Below, one piece after another: positions 62,992-64,000 of a stretch of DNA of 64,000 nt (position 1 is the stretch's first letter; each line of letters opens with the position of its first letter). The position numbers and the translations under genes are program-made. Under the pieces are notes generated by a model. The model saw only the letters and a program-made list of their open reading frames with translations, did no database searches and was not told the origin of the DNA. The stretch comes from Epiperipatus broadwayi (Eukaryota; Animalia; Onychophora), in NCBI GenBank assembly GCA_028023455.1, contig JAQFVV010000002.1, forward strand, positions 5,828,001-5,892,000, given 5' to 3'.

Positions 62992-63055
62992 TGACAGGAT
63001 TTGAAATGGATCTCCTGTAGACCAGGCTAATTATTAAGACTCTGCCAGCTTGGGC
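62992..63055 (-). other. Possible decayed tRNA-derived SINE head
   Basis: A-box-like TGGCAGAGT and B-box-like TTCAAATCC at tRNA-like spacing; no cloverleaf. Confidence 0.3.
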
Positions 63056-64000
63056 GATTATTTAAACAATAGTTTGGATGCACAAACAAGTACTAAACCA
63101 TAAAAATATAACCAAAAAACTAATGCTGGGATATTAAAACATACTGATCATCATCAATGCTCTGGCCATTTAGTATCATTAATGTAATTGAGACCACACT
63201 AAATAAAATGTAGTGTATGGGCTTTGAAGAATATTTGCTTCATGTCAATCCAGGAATTACCATCATCATCATACAGAAGACCAAAGACTAAATATAAACC
63301 CCTTATCCTATATAATTGTTACACACAAATCTAGCTAAGAACTCTACAATTTATTACTGTGAGTGAAAAATAAATAAATTAGCTTGTAAATAATCTTAAG
63401 CAATTAATATGCTTCCTCTACTTATAAATAACTAGTTTTATTTGGATCAACAAGAAAAAAACTTAAATCCTAGAATAAAAGCTGTCATGATATACGGTCA
63501 CACACACTGCAATTCATGAAATAGTAATTGGGTAGAATAGAGTAATTAAGATTGAAAAAATATATATTTTTAAAACAATTATTTAATATCTAATTACCAT
63601 AAAAAATGACAAGATAGTAGATAATTTCAAACATCCACTTCATTATAAAACGTAAATAAATATAGTTTGATAACATTATATTAACCTATCAATTAATTTT
63701 TAGTCAAGGATTAACTTTCAATTCATTAAGTTATTTCTTTAAAAATAATTAAGAGTTTGTTAAACATTTCAAAATCAAAAATAAAAATCTTTGTTTTAAT
63801 TTCTTTCAGATATTTAAGAAATAATTAAAAATGTTCTGAATCAAAGATAACAATCTTGATTGAGTTTAGCAAAAAAAAAATATTTAACTTTACAACAGAT
63901 TTATTATTGTTACTTAATATTATTCTTTTTTTCTTTTTGGAAAGCTATTTCCACAATTTATAAGGAAAAATTGACTGGATTTCAGAAAAAAAATTTCACA

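Overview
Very AT-rich eukaryotic (probably invertebrate) DNA, mostly intron or intergenic sequence packed with transposable elements of many ages. The only host coding sequence I can support is one clean 162-nt minus-strand exon (14308-14469) encoding part of the GAF-A domain of a PDE11/PDE5-type phosphodiesterase. The youngest element is a full-length Tx1/L1-clade non-LTR retrotransposon (52533-58836, 13-bp TSD). Its upstream ORF, ORF1 and ORF2 form one 1961-codon frame broken by only two internal stops, and it appears to be nested in a Buster-type hAT element. The most unusual locus is 37958-40221, a hAT MITE carrying two independent non-coding insertions with their own TSDs. Both contain type I hammerhead ribozyme motifs and both end in a fold-back, resembling retrozymes or Penelope-dependent elements. 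Other content: a Gypsy remnant with a palindromic 3' LTR, two Merlin elements, an RTE LINE, a polyadenylated tRNA-Gly retrocopy with TSD, a Penelope RT relic and several MITEs. Most short ORFs in the supplied track are spurious. All alignments and coordinates were done by eye; no database searches were run.
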